Origin: a virus
Taxonomy: Duplodnaviria > Caudoviricetes
Length of the DNA: 55,603 nucleotides
Direction: 5' to 3' (one strand)
Virus record (IMG/VR): IMGVR_UViG_3300031772_000046
Span: 1-55,603 of that record
The position numbers were made by a program, and so were the translations under genes. Positions 25,808 to 34,227 of the stretch are shown here, in pieces (position 1 is the stretch's first letter; each line of letters begins with the position of its first letter). The notes under the pieces are model-generated. The model was not told the DNA's origin. It saw only the letters and a program-made list of their open reading frames with translations, and did not search any database.

Positions 25808-26146
25808 ATGTACATCCCGCCCGGTCGGCCACCCTCCCCACGAGTCCTCGCCATGATCGACCGTGAGGTGAGGGATCGCATCAATACGCAACTGCGCGAG
25901 GAGTACGGCATAGACCCTGAGCGCGAGGTACTGATCCTGGCCGTTAAAATGTGTGACGGCAGTATCGAGTGGCGCGCGGAGGGCGCGACCTACCCCTGGC
26001 GGGCTGAGTTGACGCGCGCCGGGTTCAGGTGGGACCGCAAGCGCGGCTTCTGGACCAATTGGCCGCAGGGCTGCTATTCGTTTTCGCGCCGCCCCGCCCT
26101 TGAGGCCCTGGCCAATGTCCCGCATGTGGTAAAGGAGGCGTCCTAG
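25808..26146 (+). CDS. DUF5710-like domain protein
   Basis: GATYPWRAELTRAGFRWD...W. Confidence 0.6.
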   Translation: MYIPPGRPPSPRVLAMIDREVRDRINTQLREEYGIDPEREVLILAVKMCDGSIEWRAEGATYPWRAELTRAGFRWDRKRGFWTNWPQGCYSFSRRPALEALANVPHVVKEAS

Positions 26147-26359
26147 ATGGCCATCCAATGTTTCATGTGCCCTCTCAATGATGGGTACTACCTCCGGCGG
26201 GACGACACGATCCGGCGCATCTGCAACGCAAGGTGGCCCGGCGGATGGAGCGGGGCGCGCATACGGAAAATCACAGACGATCCCGGCATGGTCTGCCCCT
26301 GGGGCGACCATCCTCCTGTGGCGCAGGAGCCTCAGGGCCTCGCAGCGAAGGGGTGGTGA
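26147..26359 (+). CDS. Small Cys-rich protein
   Basis: AAGGAGG RBS; CxxC. Confidence 0.65.
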   Translation: MAIQCFMCPLNDGYYLRRDDTIRRICNARWPGGWSGARIRKITDDPGMVCPWGDHPPVAQEPQGLAAKGW

Positions 26360-26471
26360 CAATGCAATGGACGTTCTGCGGCGACCCCGATCCGCGCGAG
26401 GTGGAGATGTGGTTGGACGCCCTGACCGGAGCGATAGACTAGCCCCCACGGGGGGCAGGGAGGTGCCTGGA

Positions 26472-26945
26472 GTGGAGGAGCAGGATAAGCAGGCCCGCGT
26501 GTTAGCCCGGGAGGCCGCCGCCGCGATCAATCTCAAGACGCGGGCGGCCGAGTCGATCACCGGCGAGGAGACGTACTACGTCCTGAGGGACGACGCGCCC
26601 GCGTGGGTGCGTGAGCTGGTCCGCGAGGCCAACGCCGAGGGCGACGATTACCGCTACGAGTACATCTACGACGCTCTGGAAGCCCTGGCCGATGCAACCG
26701 ACGACCCCGATCTGGACGACTTGAGCTGGTACATTGGGCCGGACGCATACCACGGCCGGCTACTGCGCTGGCTGGGCAGCGACCCCGCCCGCATCCAGTA
26801 CGTCGATGATGCGATCAAGGAGGGCCGCGGCGACAGCGTCATGGACGACATCGGCGCCGGGCAGGTGGCCGAGAAGCGGGGGGTCTTTGATAGCGTCCTT
26901 CAGTCTCTTCGCGCCCGCGCCAAGTCTGAGCCCAAGAACGAGTAA
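26472..26945 (+). CDS. Acidic helical protein, candidate Ocr-like DNA mimic
   Basis: Very D/E-rich; located in the early island. Confidence 0.45.
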   Translation: MEEQDKQARVLAREAAAAINLKTRAAESITGEETYYVLRDDAPAWVRELVREANAEGDDYRYEYIYDALEALADATDDPDLDDLSWYIGPDAYHGRLLRWLGSDPARIQYVDDAIKEGRGDSVMDDIGAGQVAEKRGVFDSVLQSLRARAKSEPKNE

Positions 26946-26965
26946 GCCCCCACAGGGGGCGGGAG

Positions 26966-27184
26966 GTGTCTGCTGTGAACAAGAGCGAGGCCGAGAACCT
27001 GAGCGCGCGCATCGTCGAGGAGGATCCCCGGTGCCACGTTGACGGTCTGCGGTCAGAGAGTGGCGGCTACAGCATCGATGTCGTTGACACTCGCACCGGC
27101 TACCAGTTCGTGGTCGCCGACCCCGCAGATTGGGATGAGCGCGTTGCAGAAGCCCGGCGGTACGACCAGATCCTCAACGGTTGA
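26966..27184 (+). CDS. Hypothetical protein
   Basis: GGAGG RBS (start may be GTG at 26975). Confidence 0.65.
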   Translation: MSAVNKSEAENLSARIVEEDPRCHVDGLRSESGGYSIDVVDTRTGYQFVVADPADWDERVAEARRYDQILNG

Positions 27185-27228
27185 GGCGTGCAGTAACCGT
27201 CCCAAATCTGCATCGGGAGGTGTCGAGG

Positions 27229-27756
27229 ATGGCCTACGCGACCCTCGGCCTATGCCCAGCGCCCGACGGCCCGAGCCGACCATGCGTCAAGATCCACGAC
27301 TGGCAGGGGCTGCGCCACGAGTTCGCCTCTGCCGGGTGGCGGATCGACGGCGGCGACTGTTTCAAGGCGACGAAGGACCGTTACGATTTCGCCGGTCTCG
27401 CGGGCATCATGCGCGAGGCGCACGCCCTGGGCGCCAGGTGGGTGCTCTACCCCGAGGCGACCAAATGGAGACAGCTGATCAGCCAGAACCTCGGCTGGTG
27501 CGGGACCGACAAGCCGTCCGCCCTCGAGGCTGGGGCCATGGAGCGCGCTGCCGTGCAGTACGCCCTGATCTACGCGCTGGGCGTCAAGGTCGATTTTGAG
27601 CACGAGGTACTCGCCGCGTTCGCGGGTTTGCAACTCAGCGTCCTGCCCGACCCGGCCCACGGGGCGAACGACCCCGATCAGGAGCCGGCGGGCCCGATGG
27701 TCGTGACGATCAGGCCGGACATCCTGACGGGGCCGGCGCCGGAGCCCCAGCCTTAG
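27229..27756 (+). CDS. Hypothetical protein
   Basis: GGAGGTG RBS before MAYATL. Confidence 0.7.
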   Translation: MAYATLGLCPAPDGPSRPCVKIHDWQGLRHEFASAGWRIDGGDCFKATKDRYDFAGLAGIMREAHALGARWVLYPEATKWRQLISQNLGWCGTDKPSALEAGAMERAAVQYALIYALGVKVDFEHEVLAAFAGLQLSVLPDPAHGANDPDQEPAGPMVVTIRPDILTGPAPEPQP

Positions 27757-27769
27757 ACCGTGCCGTTCC

Positions 27770-27808
27770 GCCGATGATCCGGCGCGCCAGACCCCGCGCC
27801 GGGGAGGC
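27770..27808 (+). ncRNA. Kink-turn element 4
   Basis: GCC-GAT-GA-TCCGGCGCG-loop-CGCGCCGGG-GA-GGC. Confidence 0.85.
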
Positions 27809-27853
27809 CAACTAGGGGACTGCGGCTACCTCAAAATCAGCGCCGCAGAGGGA

Positions 27854-28192
27854 GTGCTGAACATGACCCAGTACGGCGTCGATGACCGCAGCAACGGTGT
27901 CCCGGAGTCCGAGTGCCTGTTCGTCGTGATGGACGCGGGCGAGGAGTGCATCGATGTGTTCCCCACGCGCGCGGAGGCCATCGCGTGCATCGAGAAGGAC
28001 CGCGCAAAGGACCACCCGTACATCGCGGACCCGATCCTGCTTGTGGTGCCCCGCTGGGGACGCACCATCGACCGCGACGCTCTGACCGACGACGACGGCC
28101 GGTACACTGCCGTCCTCTGGCCCGACGGCAAGGCGTCTGAGGTGTGGGCCGACGATGAGCACGACGCCGCCGAGCACGGCTTCAGGGCCTGA
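27854..28192 (+). CDS. Acidic hypothetical protein
   Basis: ORF between k-turn elements. Confidence 0.7.
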   Translation: MLNMTQYGVDDRSNGVPESECLFVVMDAGEECIDVFPTRAEAIACIEKDRAKDHPYIADPILLVVPRWGRTIDRDALTDDDGRYTAVLWPDGKASEVWADDEHDAAEHGFRA

Positions 28193-28200
28193 CCCGTCCC

Positions 28201-28235
28201 GCCCGATGACCCCGCCTCCCCCAGCGGGCGAGGGC
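28201..28235 (+). ncRNA. Kink-turn element 5
   Basis: GCCC-GAT-GA-CCCCGC-loop-GCGGGC-GA-GGGC. Confidence 0.85.
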
Positions 28236-28290
28236 TAAGAGGGGACTGCGGCGGCTCAACTATACTGCCGCCGACAGGGAGGACGAGAAG

Positions 28291-28803
28291 ATGGCGCCCG
28301 ATGACATTGACCGGCTCTGGCGTCTCATTGATAACTGCCGCATCGACGCCGAGAACGAGGTTGGCGATGACTGCCTTGTGAGGGATTTTGACTGGCACAA
28401 CACGTTTCTGGCTACGGCGGCGGCGCTGGCCGATCATTATCTCGCCGGGGCCGACTGGTGCCGCCACGCGCAACTGATCACACGCGCGTGGGGCGCGCTC
28501 GGTAACGCCTACGCCGTGTCCCGGGATACGCCCGTCGAAACGGGCATGTGGTGGGATGCGGGCGAGGACGGGCATGAGTTCCCCGTTGTGATCACGGAGA
28601 CTGTGTTCAAACACTTCTATGTCTCTGATTTTCTGCCTACTCGGCCACGCGCGGAGACGTTCGGCGGATGGCTGCTGGCACTTCAAGGTGTCCTGGGTGT
28701 GTCAGCTATGCCGCTAGACTTCGAGGAAGGCTGGCGCCGTTCCATGATGTCTGTGCTCGCGCCGCTCCTGTGTGAATTGCGCGACGCAGGGAGGGTGGAC
28801 TAA
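28291..28803 (+). CDS. Hypothetical protein
   Basis: GGAGG RBS. Confidence 0.75.
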   Translation: MAPDDIDRLWRLIDNCRIDAENEVGDDCLVRDFDWHNTFLATAAALADHYLAGADWCRHAQLITRAWGALGNAYAVSRDTPVETGMWWDAGEDGHEFPVVITETVFKHFYVSDFLPTRPRAETFGGWLLALQGVLGVSAMPLDFEEGWRRSMMSVLAPLLCELRDAGRVD

Positions 28804-28910
28804 TGTTCCTGGGCCCTCCCTTCCTCACGGCGGGGAGGCCACAAACCGCCAGTCACGGGGCGCGAAGTCCTGGCCCCGGCCTTACGAGGTCTGGCGGAGG
28901 CGGAGAGGAG

Positions 28911-29255
28911 ATGAATGCGATGTCGCCTGATGTCACAGACGCAGAACACCGGCGCCAACAGCGGCGCGATCAAGAGGGCCGATACACGCCGTATTCCGCC
29001 ACCGTCCCACGCGCTCTCCTGGAGGCGGCGATTGACGGGTGGCTACATACTGGTGGCTTGGCCGCGCCCCACAGTCACTGCCCAATAGCGCGGTGCGGAT
29101 TCGAGCCGCGCCCACCCTGTCCTTGCGCCGACTGCGGCGCGGAGCAGGCCAACTGCGACGACAACCCGTGCAGCTTCGGGGACTACTGCAACCGAGAGCG
29201 GGCGCGCGAGTGTGCGGTTGCCGCATTGGTCCAACGGTGCGGAGAGGGGGACTGA
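28911..29255 (+). CDS. Cys-rich hypothetical protein
   Basis: GAGGAG RBS; many Cys. Confidence 0.65.
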   Translation: MNAMSPDVTDAEHRRQQRRDQEGRYTPYSATVPRALLEAAIDGWLHTGGLAAPHSHCPIARCGFEPRPPCPCADCGAEQANCDDNPCSFGDYCNRERARECAVAALVQRCGEGD

Positions 29256-29424
29256 GCATCATGCCCGCTGTCACGCGCTACCTCGACTGCACAGTCACGC
29301 TGTACGACAATCGCCAGATCAGCGTCAATGCGGACAGCATCGTGTTTTTTGCAGAGGTGGATGAGCACACAATGGAGGGGCTGCTCCGCCATCTCCCCGA
29401 CAACGCGGCCCCGAGAGAAGAGGT

Positions 29425-29637
29425 GTGACCGTGGATACAGCCACAAAGCCTGTTGTGCGCCTTGACGGTGCGCCCCGCAACGCCGTCGCCATCATATACC
29501 GTGTGCGCCGTGCGTTGCAGAAGGCGGGACTGGCAGACAAGGCCGCCGAGTTCGAGGCGGAGGGCAAGGAGCACATCGACGATGACGATCTGGATGAGGT
29601 TCTGGGTCTTGCCTTCGACTACTGTGAGGTGGAGTAA
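29425..29637 (+). CDS. Small conserved phage protein
   Basis: KPVVRLDG..NAVAII.RVRRALQKAG. Confidence 0.75.
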   Translation: MTVDTATKPVVRLDGAPRNAVAIIYRVRRALQKAGLADKAAEFEAEGKEHIDDDDLDEVLGLAFDYCEVE

Positions 29638-29646
29638 GCCCAACCC

Positions 29647-29688
29647 GCGCCGTGACCGATGATGCCCGCTGAGCGGAGGTCGCGGCGC
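29647..29688 (+). ncRNA. Kink-turn element 6
   Basis: 11-bp C-stem GCGCCGTGACC/GGTCGCGGCGC; GAT bulge; tandem G.A pairs. Confidence 0.88.
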
Positions 29689-29704
29689 AAATGAAGGAGG
29701 TGCG

Positions 29705-29956
29705 GTGATGAGCAGGACCATCAAGGGCTACGCCGAGTTTGAGACGGATCACGAGGATTGGGATTTCGTGGTCGCGCCCGAGAACAAGGGCGATTGCCCG
29801 GCCCACGACAAGTACGGTCTTGAGGTGGGTCACGGCACGTGTGTTCGACACTACCAGACCTGCCCCCACTACGGCGGTGGTCTGATTCAACACGACCGCG
29901 ACATGGACTTCGGCGAGGTCGCCATTACGTGCAAGCACGGGGAGGCTACCCCATGA
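29705..29956 (+). CDS. Cys-rich protein, MxRxIxG...TC family
   Basis: MSRTIKG...CPHYGG...ITCKH. Confidence 0.7.
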   Translation: MMSRTIKGYAEFETDHEDWDFVVAPENKGDCPAHDKYGLEVGHGTCVRHYQTCPHYGGGLIQHDRDMDFGEVAITCKHGEATP

Positions 29957-30120
29957 CCCGCGATGAGCTGGTGGTCGAGTTGGAGAAGCTGGCCGCAACG
30001 TGGGCGCCTAGGGCCGACCCCGGCAACGACTACTCCTCCTACGGAGAGGGCGTCGCCCACGGGTACAACCGCTGCCTAGGTAATCTGGAAACGCTGATCG
30101 CCAAGGCGAAGGAGGCGTGA
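29953..30120 (+). CDS. Hypothetical protein
   Basis: ATGA-coupled start MTRDEL. Confidence 0.65.
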   Translation: MTRDELVVELEKLAATWAPRADPGNDYSSYGEGVAHGYNRCLGNLETLIAKAKEA

Positions 30121-30123
30121 ACG

Positions 30124-30318
30124 ATGCCCAGATTCCGCCTGACGGTCACCGGCGAGGTCACTACCCGTAAGCGCGACTACCTCGACGGCGCCACGCCCGA
30201 GGACATGTTGAACGTCGAGCTCCAGCAGTTGCGCGACGACCCGGCGGCGTATCTCGACTACTTCGGCGACACCCTCAAAATCGAGGGGGTTATCCTGGAA
30301 TCCAGCGAGGAGGCGTGA
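30124..30318 (+). CDS. Acidic hypothetical protein
   Basis: AGGAGG RBS. Confidence 0.7.
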   Translation: MPRFRLTVTGEVTTRKRDYLDGATPEDMLNVELQQLRDDPAAYLDYFGDTLKIEGVILESSEEA

Positions 30319-30321
30319 GCC

Positions 30322-30537
30322 GTGGACATCAAGGAGGCTGTTGCCAGGTTGCGCGCGGAGGCCGCCTCGCATGAACGGGGCGGCACGATCAGTCTGCTGG
30401 CGCTGCGGGAGATCAAGCACATTGGCGAGGCCGATAAGGTCATGGCGCTTGCCCAGGGCATCCTGACCGCCCGCCAAGGGCGCGACCTGTTGATTCTGAT
30501 GGCAGACATGCTGGAGAAGGAGGCGTCCAAGCCATGA
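30322..30537 (+). CDS. Hypothetical protein
   Basis: GAGGAGG RBS. Confidence 0.7.
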   Translation: MDIKEAVARLRAEAASHERGGTISLLALREIKHIGEADKVMALAQGILTARQGRDLLILMADMLEKEASKP

Positions 30538-30875
30538 GGCCGAAGTTGCCGCTCAACGCCGAGGTGTTCTCGAATTACCGCCATTGGTGTTCTGTGCGGG
30601 ACGCTGACAACAACCATCTCTTCTGCGTGCGCAGCGACGGCAAGACCGACGTACCCGCCGCCGAGTACGCCGCCTTCGTCGTCGCGGCGTGCAACATGGC
30701 CGAGAAGGTGGAGGCGCTGGCGAAGGACTGGGCGTACCGCGCCGAGGCGTGCGAGGACACGGCGACCGTCTCGGCGCAGATGGGCGGCGGTCTCGTTGAC
30801 ATCGCCACTACTCGCGCCAAGGATCTCCGCGAAGGCGCCGCCGCCCTCCGCGACATCCTCAAGGAGGTGGCCTGA
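30534..30875 (+). CDS. Hypothetical protein
   Basis: ATGA coupling. Confidence 0.7.
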   Translation: MRPKLPLNAEVFSNYRHWCSVRDADNNHLFCVRSDGKTDVPAAEYAAFVVAACNMAEKVEALAKDWAYRAEACEDTATVSAQMGGGLVDIATTRAKDLREGAAALRDILKEVA

Positions 30876-30876
30876 C

Positions 30877-31188
30877 ATGCTAGATCCACGCGGGCCGCAC
30901 AAACCGCACAAACCGCACCGACTGATCCCGCCATTCCCCGACTGGTTCACGACCGGGGACGCCGAACGCTGGCTGAAACTGTCGCCAGTCAGACTCGGCG
31001 ACGGCGCGAGGGCGGGGCGCGTGCCCTTCTTGAACCCGGCGCGGGCGTTCGGTAGCACCATCCCATACTACTTCAGCGCGGAGACCTTGATCGCGTTCTG
31101 GCGCGAACGACATGGGCTTGGCCCCGAGTGTCAGCCGCCCCCGATGCCGCCCGACTTGGCGGCGAGAATCGAGGCGGCGAAGAAGTAA
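30877..31188 (+). CDS. Excisionase/MerR-like HTH protein
   Basis: FTTGDAERWLKLSP...ARAGRVP. Confidence 0.55.
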   Translation: MLDPRGPHKPHKPHRLIPPFPDWFTTGDAERWLKLSPVRLGDGARAGRVPFLNPARAFGSTIPYYFSAETLIAFWRERHGLGPECQPPPMPPDLAARIEAAKK

Positions 31189-31191
31189 CGC

Positions 31192-31224
31192 GAGGCCCCC
31201 GGCGAGGTTCTGTCGGGGGCTTTG
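31192..31224. terminator. Hairpin terminator between convergent operons
   Basis: GGCCCCCGGCG...TGTCGGGGGCTTT. Confidence 0.7.
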
Positions 31225-31230
31225 CCGTGT

Positions 31231-31779
31231 CTATTGGCTACACGGCCAGTACGCTACACAGTCATGCACCGTGGTTTGGATGCGGGAATACTCTCGCCCG
31301 CCGGCCAAGTTGCCCTGCCACTTCTCCGCGAACGCCTCCACCCTGCGGATGATCATGTCCGCCTCGGCTTGCGCCTCATCCTTGGCGGGACCGGGATCCT
31401 TGGCGGCGGCTATTGCGTCGCGCAGGTCGGCGACAGACCATTGGCGGTATCGCGTGCTGCTGTCGGGTAGGTGCTCCTCGCCACCATGGACCGCCAAGTG
31501 AAGCCACATAGACGGGTCTTTCGTACACGCGCAGATCCTGTGGATCTCCCAGGACATGTCAGCGGCCCGCGTCTCAACCGGGAACGCCTTCGCCGTCTTG
31601 ATCAGGACGCGAACCCAGTTTGCGGAACAGCCAAGCTCAGAGGCGGCGGCGCGGTCAAACTTCTCATCGCCCTGATAGACTTCCTTGGCGAGGGCCAGGA
31701 GGTCGCCTATCTCCCAGTCGGCGTCCCAACCGTCCTCAAAGTGATCGCGGACGTGGCTCATGAACTCCTCGAAGGTCAC
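31231..31779 (-). CDS. Hypothetical helical DNA-associated protein
   Basis: WEIGDLL...MSWEIH...WSVADLRDAI. Confidence 0.75.
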   Translation of the reverse strand: MTFEEFMSHVRDHFEDGWDADWEIGDLLALAKEVYQGDEKFDRAAASELGCSANWVRVLIKTAKAFPVETRAADMSWEIHRICACTKDPSMWLHLAVHGGEEHLPDSSTRYRQWSVADLRDAIAAAKDPGPAKDEAQAEADMIIRRVEAFAEKWQGNLAGGREYSRIQTTVHDCVAYWPCSQ

Positions 31780-32144
31780 TCAAACAGCCCCCTCTGTGGC
31801 TTGATCTCGAACCCGTCCCACTTGCTCTTCTTGCGCACGTCCAATGTGCCCGCCTTGAACGCCTTCAGCCGCTGTTGGTACAGGGGCGGCAGGATGCGCG
31901 CCAACGATTCTTTGCTCATGCCGTGCGCTACCGTGTGGCAACTGGCGCAAAGCGGTACTCTGTTCTCCAGCATGTCCCCGCCACCGGCCCCGCGTGTCAG
32001 CAGCCAATGGTGGTCTGTCTTGGCGCGTTGCCCACAGACAGCACAGAAGAGCGAGGAGGGTTCGACGTGTTCCTGCGGTTCTGCGTGTAGGCGCGCACGG
32101 CGGCGAAGGGGGGTGGTGGACCTAAGCGGGGTGCGGCGGATCAT
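31776..32144 (-). CDS. HNH endonuclease
   Basis: CAVC..DHH..RGAGG...N..PLCASCH...H. Confidence 0.9.
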   Translation of the reverse strand: MIRRTPLRSTTPLRRRARLHAEPQEHVEPSSLFCAVCGQRAKTDHHWLLTRGAGGGDMLENRVPLCASCHTVAHGMSKESLARILPPLYQQRLKAFKAGTLDVRKKSKWDGFEIKPQRGLFE

Positions 32145-32154
32145 GTGTGTATCC

Positions 32155-32312
32155 CCAAACTCAATCGGCTTTCGCCGTCATATTCGACGGGCCGGGTACG
32201 AGGTTGGCGCCTGACCCGGCCCGTCTGAGGAGGTTTGAGCGTACGGAAACTTGTGCCCCCGGTGACCTTGCAATCCTTGAGTATCCAGCTTCCCTGGGCC
32301 GGGGGCAAACTT
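32155..32312 (-). ncRNA. Structured non-coding region (two long hairpins)
   Basis: GACGGGCCGGGT/ACCCGGCCCGTC and TGCCCCCGG/CCGGGGGCA stems. Confidence 0.5.
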
Positions 32313-32321
32313 ACGCGGGCT

Positions 32322-32391
32322 TGGGGCCGGCGGGGGAGTAGTACCCCATATCTCCGTTGATCAGACGGCGCTCTAGTTGAGTTACGCCGGC
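32322..32391 (-). pseudogene. Degenerate tRNA-like element (GAU/Ile-like loop)
   Basis: GCCGGCG/CGCCGGC acceptor plus CCA, short D-loop, CTGATCA loop, non-canonical T-loop TACTACT. Confidence 0.6.
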
Positions 32392-32441
32392 CCGCACGGC
32401 ACCCTGACTTTATTCAGGCCACCTGCCCGCCAATGGATCCG

Positions 32442-32669
32442 CTAGCCCTCAGTCGGGGCCTTTGTCGTCATGTAGTCCCACAGGCAATCCATGCAGTACG
32501 CGTATCCATCCTCACGGCTACTTTGTCTGGCCTCGCCGCCACAGTCGGGGCACTTGCCGCCAACAGGGGGCTTCCTGATGCCAAACTTCTGCAACATGGG
32601 CATCATTGCGCGCCGTGCGTGGTCAAACGATGGATCCTCGCGCAGTTCGCGCCACTCTTCCGGCGTCAT
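32442..32669 (-). CDS. Zinc-ribbon protein
   Basis: CPDC...CMDC. Confidence 0.7.
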   Translation of the reverse strand: MTPEEWRELREDPSFDHARRAMMPMLQKFGIRKPPVGGKCPDCGGEARQSSREDGYAYCMDCLWDYMTTKAPTEG

Positions 32670-33043
32670 TCGCGGAACTCCTCAACGGTTATCCCGCGCT
32701 TGCGGGCCTCATCTACACAGTCCTTGGTGCCGCTATTCTCTGGCAGGTTCGGGAAGTCGGGGTGAAAAGCCAGTACAACGTCGGGCTTCAGATCCAACAT
32801 CAGTCTGTTGCGCGCTGGACCCGCCGCGCCAACCGCGTTCTGTTTGGCCCATTTCCGCCATTGCGCGGGGTACTCGTGGATGGCGGCCCATTGGAGTTCG
32901 CGGGCCAGGTCGCACGCGATGCGGTCAGCGCCACGGCACCCACCCTCGATCAGTTCTGTGGTGTCAGGGTCAAACCGCTTCATCTCGCGCAGCATGGCCG
33001 TGAAGCTGGTCCAACCGCGGCTGCCGCAGACGAGGACTTTCAC
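32666..33043 (-). CDS. DUF2493/SLOG-family protein
   Basis: VLVCGSR, GGCRGAD, AGPARN, GTKDC. Confidence 0.88.
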   Translation of the reverse strand: MKVLVCGSRGWTSFTAMLREMKRFDPDTTELIEGGCRGADRIACDLARELQWAAIHEYPAQWRKWAKQNAVGAAGPARNRLMLDLKPDVVLAFHPDFPNLPENSGTKDCVDEARKRGITVEEFRE

Positions 33044-33076
33044 TCAGCGACACCTCCCGGCAACTCTACCCATACT

Positions 33077-33128
33077 ACTATACCACGTCCCGACCCCCTG
33101 TTTCACCCACCTTTCACCCAACTTTACG
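33077..33128 (-). promoter_or_regulatory. Putative activator-dependent late promoter with direct repeats
   Basis: TGgTATAGT extended -10; TTTCACCCA repeated at 11-bp spacing just downstream of the ArpU-like gene. Confidence 0.6.
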
Positions 33129-33566
33129 CCGGCGCCAGGGCCAGTCGAGGTCGGTTGAGTCCACCATCCCGTATTCGACCCCTAGGAGTCGCACGACCTT
33201 GCAGCGCTGCCTGTAGTAACTTGAATCCGATAGGCTCATCTCCATCATCACCCGTCGCGGCGGCACGCGGCCCTTGAAGTAGTTCAGTTCCAGGAAGCGC
33301 CGTCCTTCCGTATCCAGGTCCACAATGAGGCGGTCAACGGCCTCCTTCTCTTTGCGCATCATGTTTAGCACCCTGGAGCGTTGCAGTCTGTGCGCCCCCT
33401 CCAGCGTGGGGTCGCTTGGGTCTGACGATAGGCGAACCGTGCTCACATGATCGGTTGACGAGCCTTTGCCCGCCAGTTCATCGATTAAGTCGTCGATCTC
33501 GCGGCCCATGCTAGGGTAGTCATAGAGTATGTCTTCAAGGCCGTAGAACCGCCCCGGTAGTCTCAC
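33114..33566 (-). CDS. ArpU/RinA-family late transcription activator
   Basis: SDPT..., LELNYF, LSDSSYYR C-terminal HTH. Confidence 0.85.
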   Translation of the reverse strand: MRLPGRFYGLEDILYDYPSMGREIDDLIDELAGKGSSTDHVSTVRLSSDPSDPTLEGAHRLQRSRVLNMMRKEKEAVDRLIVDLDTEGRRFLELNYFKGRVPPRRVMMEMSLSDSSYYRQRCKVVRLLGVEYGMVDSTDLDWPWRRRKVG

Positions 33567-33624
33567 GTCCCCTACGCCCCCTTGGGGCCGGTGTCACTAC
33601 CCGGCCCCGGTTCTGGAACGTCAC

Positions 33625-34215
33625 TCAGGCAACCTTCCTCTTCTTCGCCGCGCGATTCATGCGCACGTACCGATCCCGGCGTTCATACCCCTCTCGTTCA
33701 GCGAAGTACACCCTCTTCAGAGGCGCATTGTCGGTGTACTGATCAAGAGGCACCGCCTTGCCGTCTTCAAGGGCGCAGGCGCGGTACAGCCAGCCGGGTT
33801 TGAAGCCCTTGAGTTCGAGGAACTGCCGCAGTCGGATAGACCGCACTTCCCAGAACGACTGCTTGTTGGCGCTGACATGCAGGGTTTGATGCCCTTCCGC
33901 GGCGGCGCCGCACTCCATCACCACGGCGGAGACACGTTGGTCCCAGCCGAACCTGACATCCTCGCCACCTGCTTCAATGCCCATGCGGGACCGTAGGTCG
34001 GCTGAGATGGTGTGCCTATCCTTCTCGGCCAAGTACATGTAGGCACCCCGCGTCACCTGCGAGAAGCACAGGAGCCATTCGACGCCTTCGGAATCAGTCT
34101 GACAACAGACCATAGGCCCCGATGGGCCGACATCGCGCAAGTCGCCGGCCTTGGGCGCCCATTTCGGCTGTATCAGCTTGCCGTTCTCCGTAACCGCTAT
34201 TGCTCCTATCGCCAC
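33625..34215 (-). CDS. Hypothetical protein
   Basis: 196-aa ORF. Confidence 0.7.
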   Translation of the reverse strand: MAIGAIAVTENGKLIQPKWAPKAGDLRDVGPSGPMVCCQTDSEGVEWLLCFSQVTRGAYMYLAEKDRHTISADLRSRMGIEAGGEDVRFGWDQRVSAVVMECGAAAEGHQTLHVSANKQSFWEVRSIRLRQFLELKGFKPGWLYRACALEDGKAVPLDQYTDNAPLKRVYFAEREGYERRDRYVRMNRAAKKRKVA

Positions 34216-34227
34216 GTCTCCTACCCC

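Noticed and set aside
25477-28240. Repeats read as integron attC sites for the tyrosine recombinase
   Set aside because: No RYYYAAC...GTTRRRY arrangement, pairing relies on G.U and G.A typical of RNA, and I see no IntI-specific insertion in the recombinase.
24898-29688. Repeats read as a CRISPR array
   Set aside because: Spacing is irregular and gene-sized, the repeats differ in sequence, and no cas genes are present.
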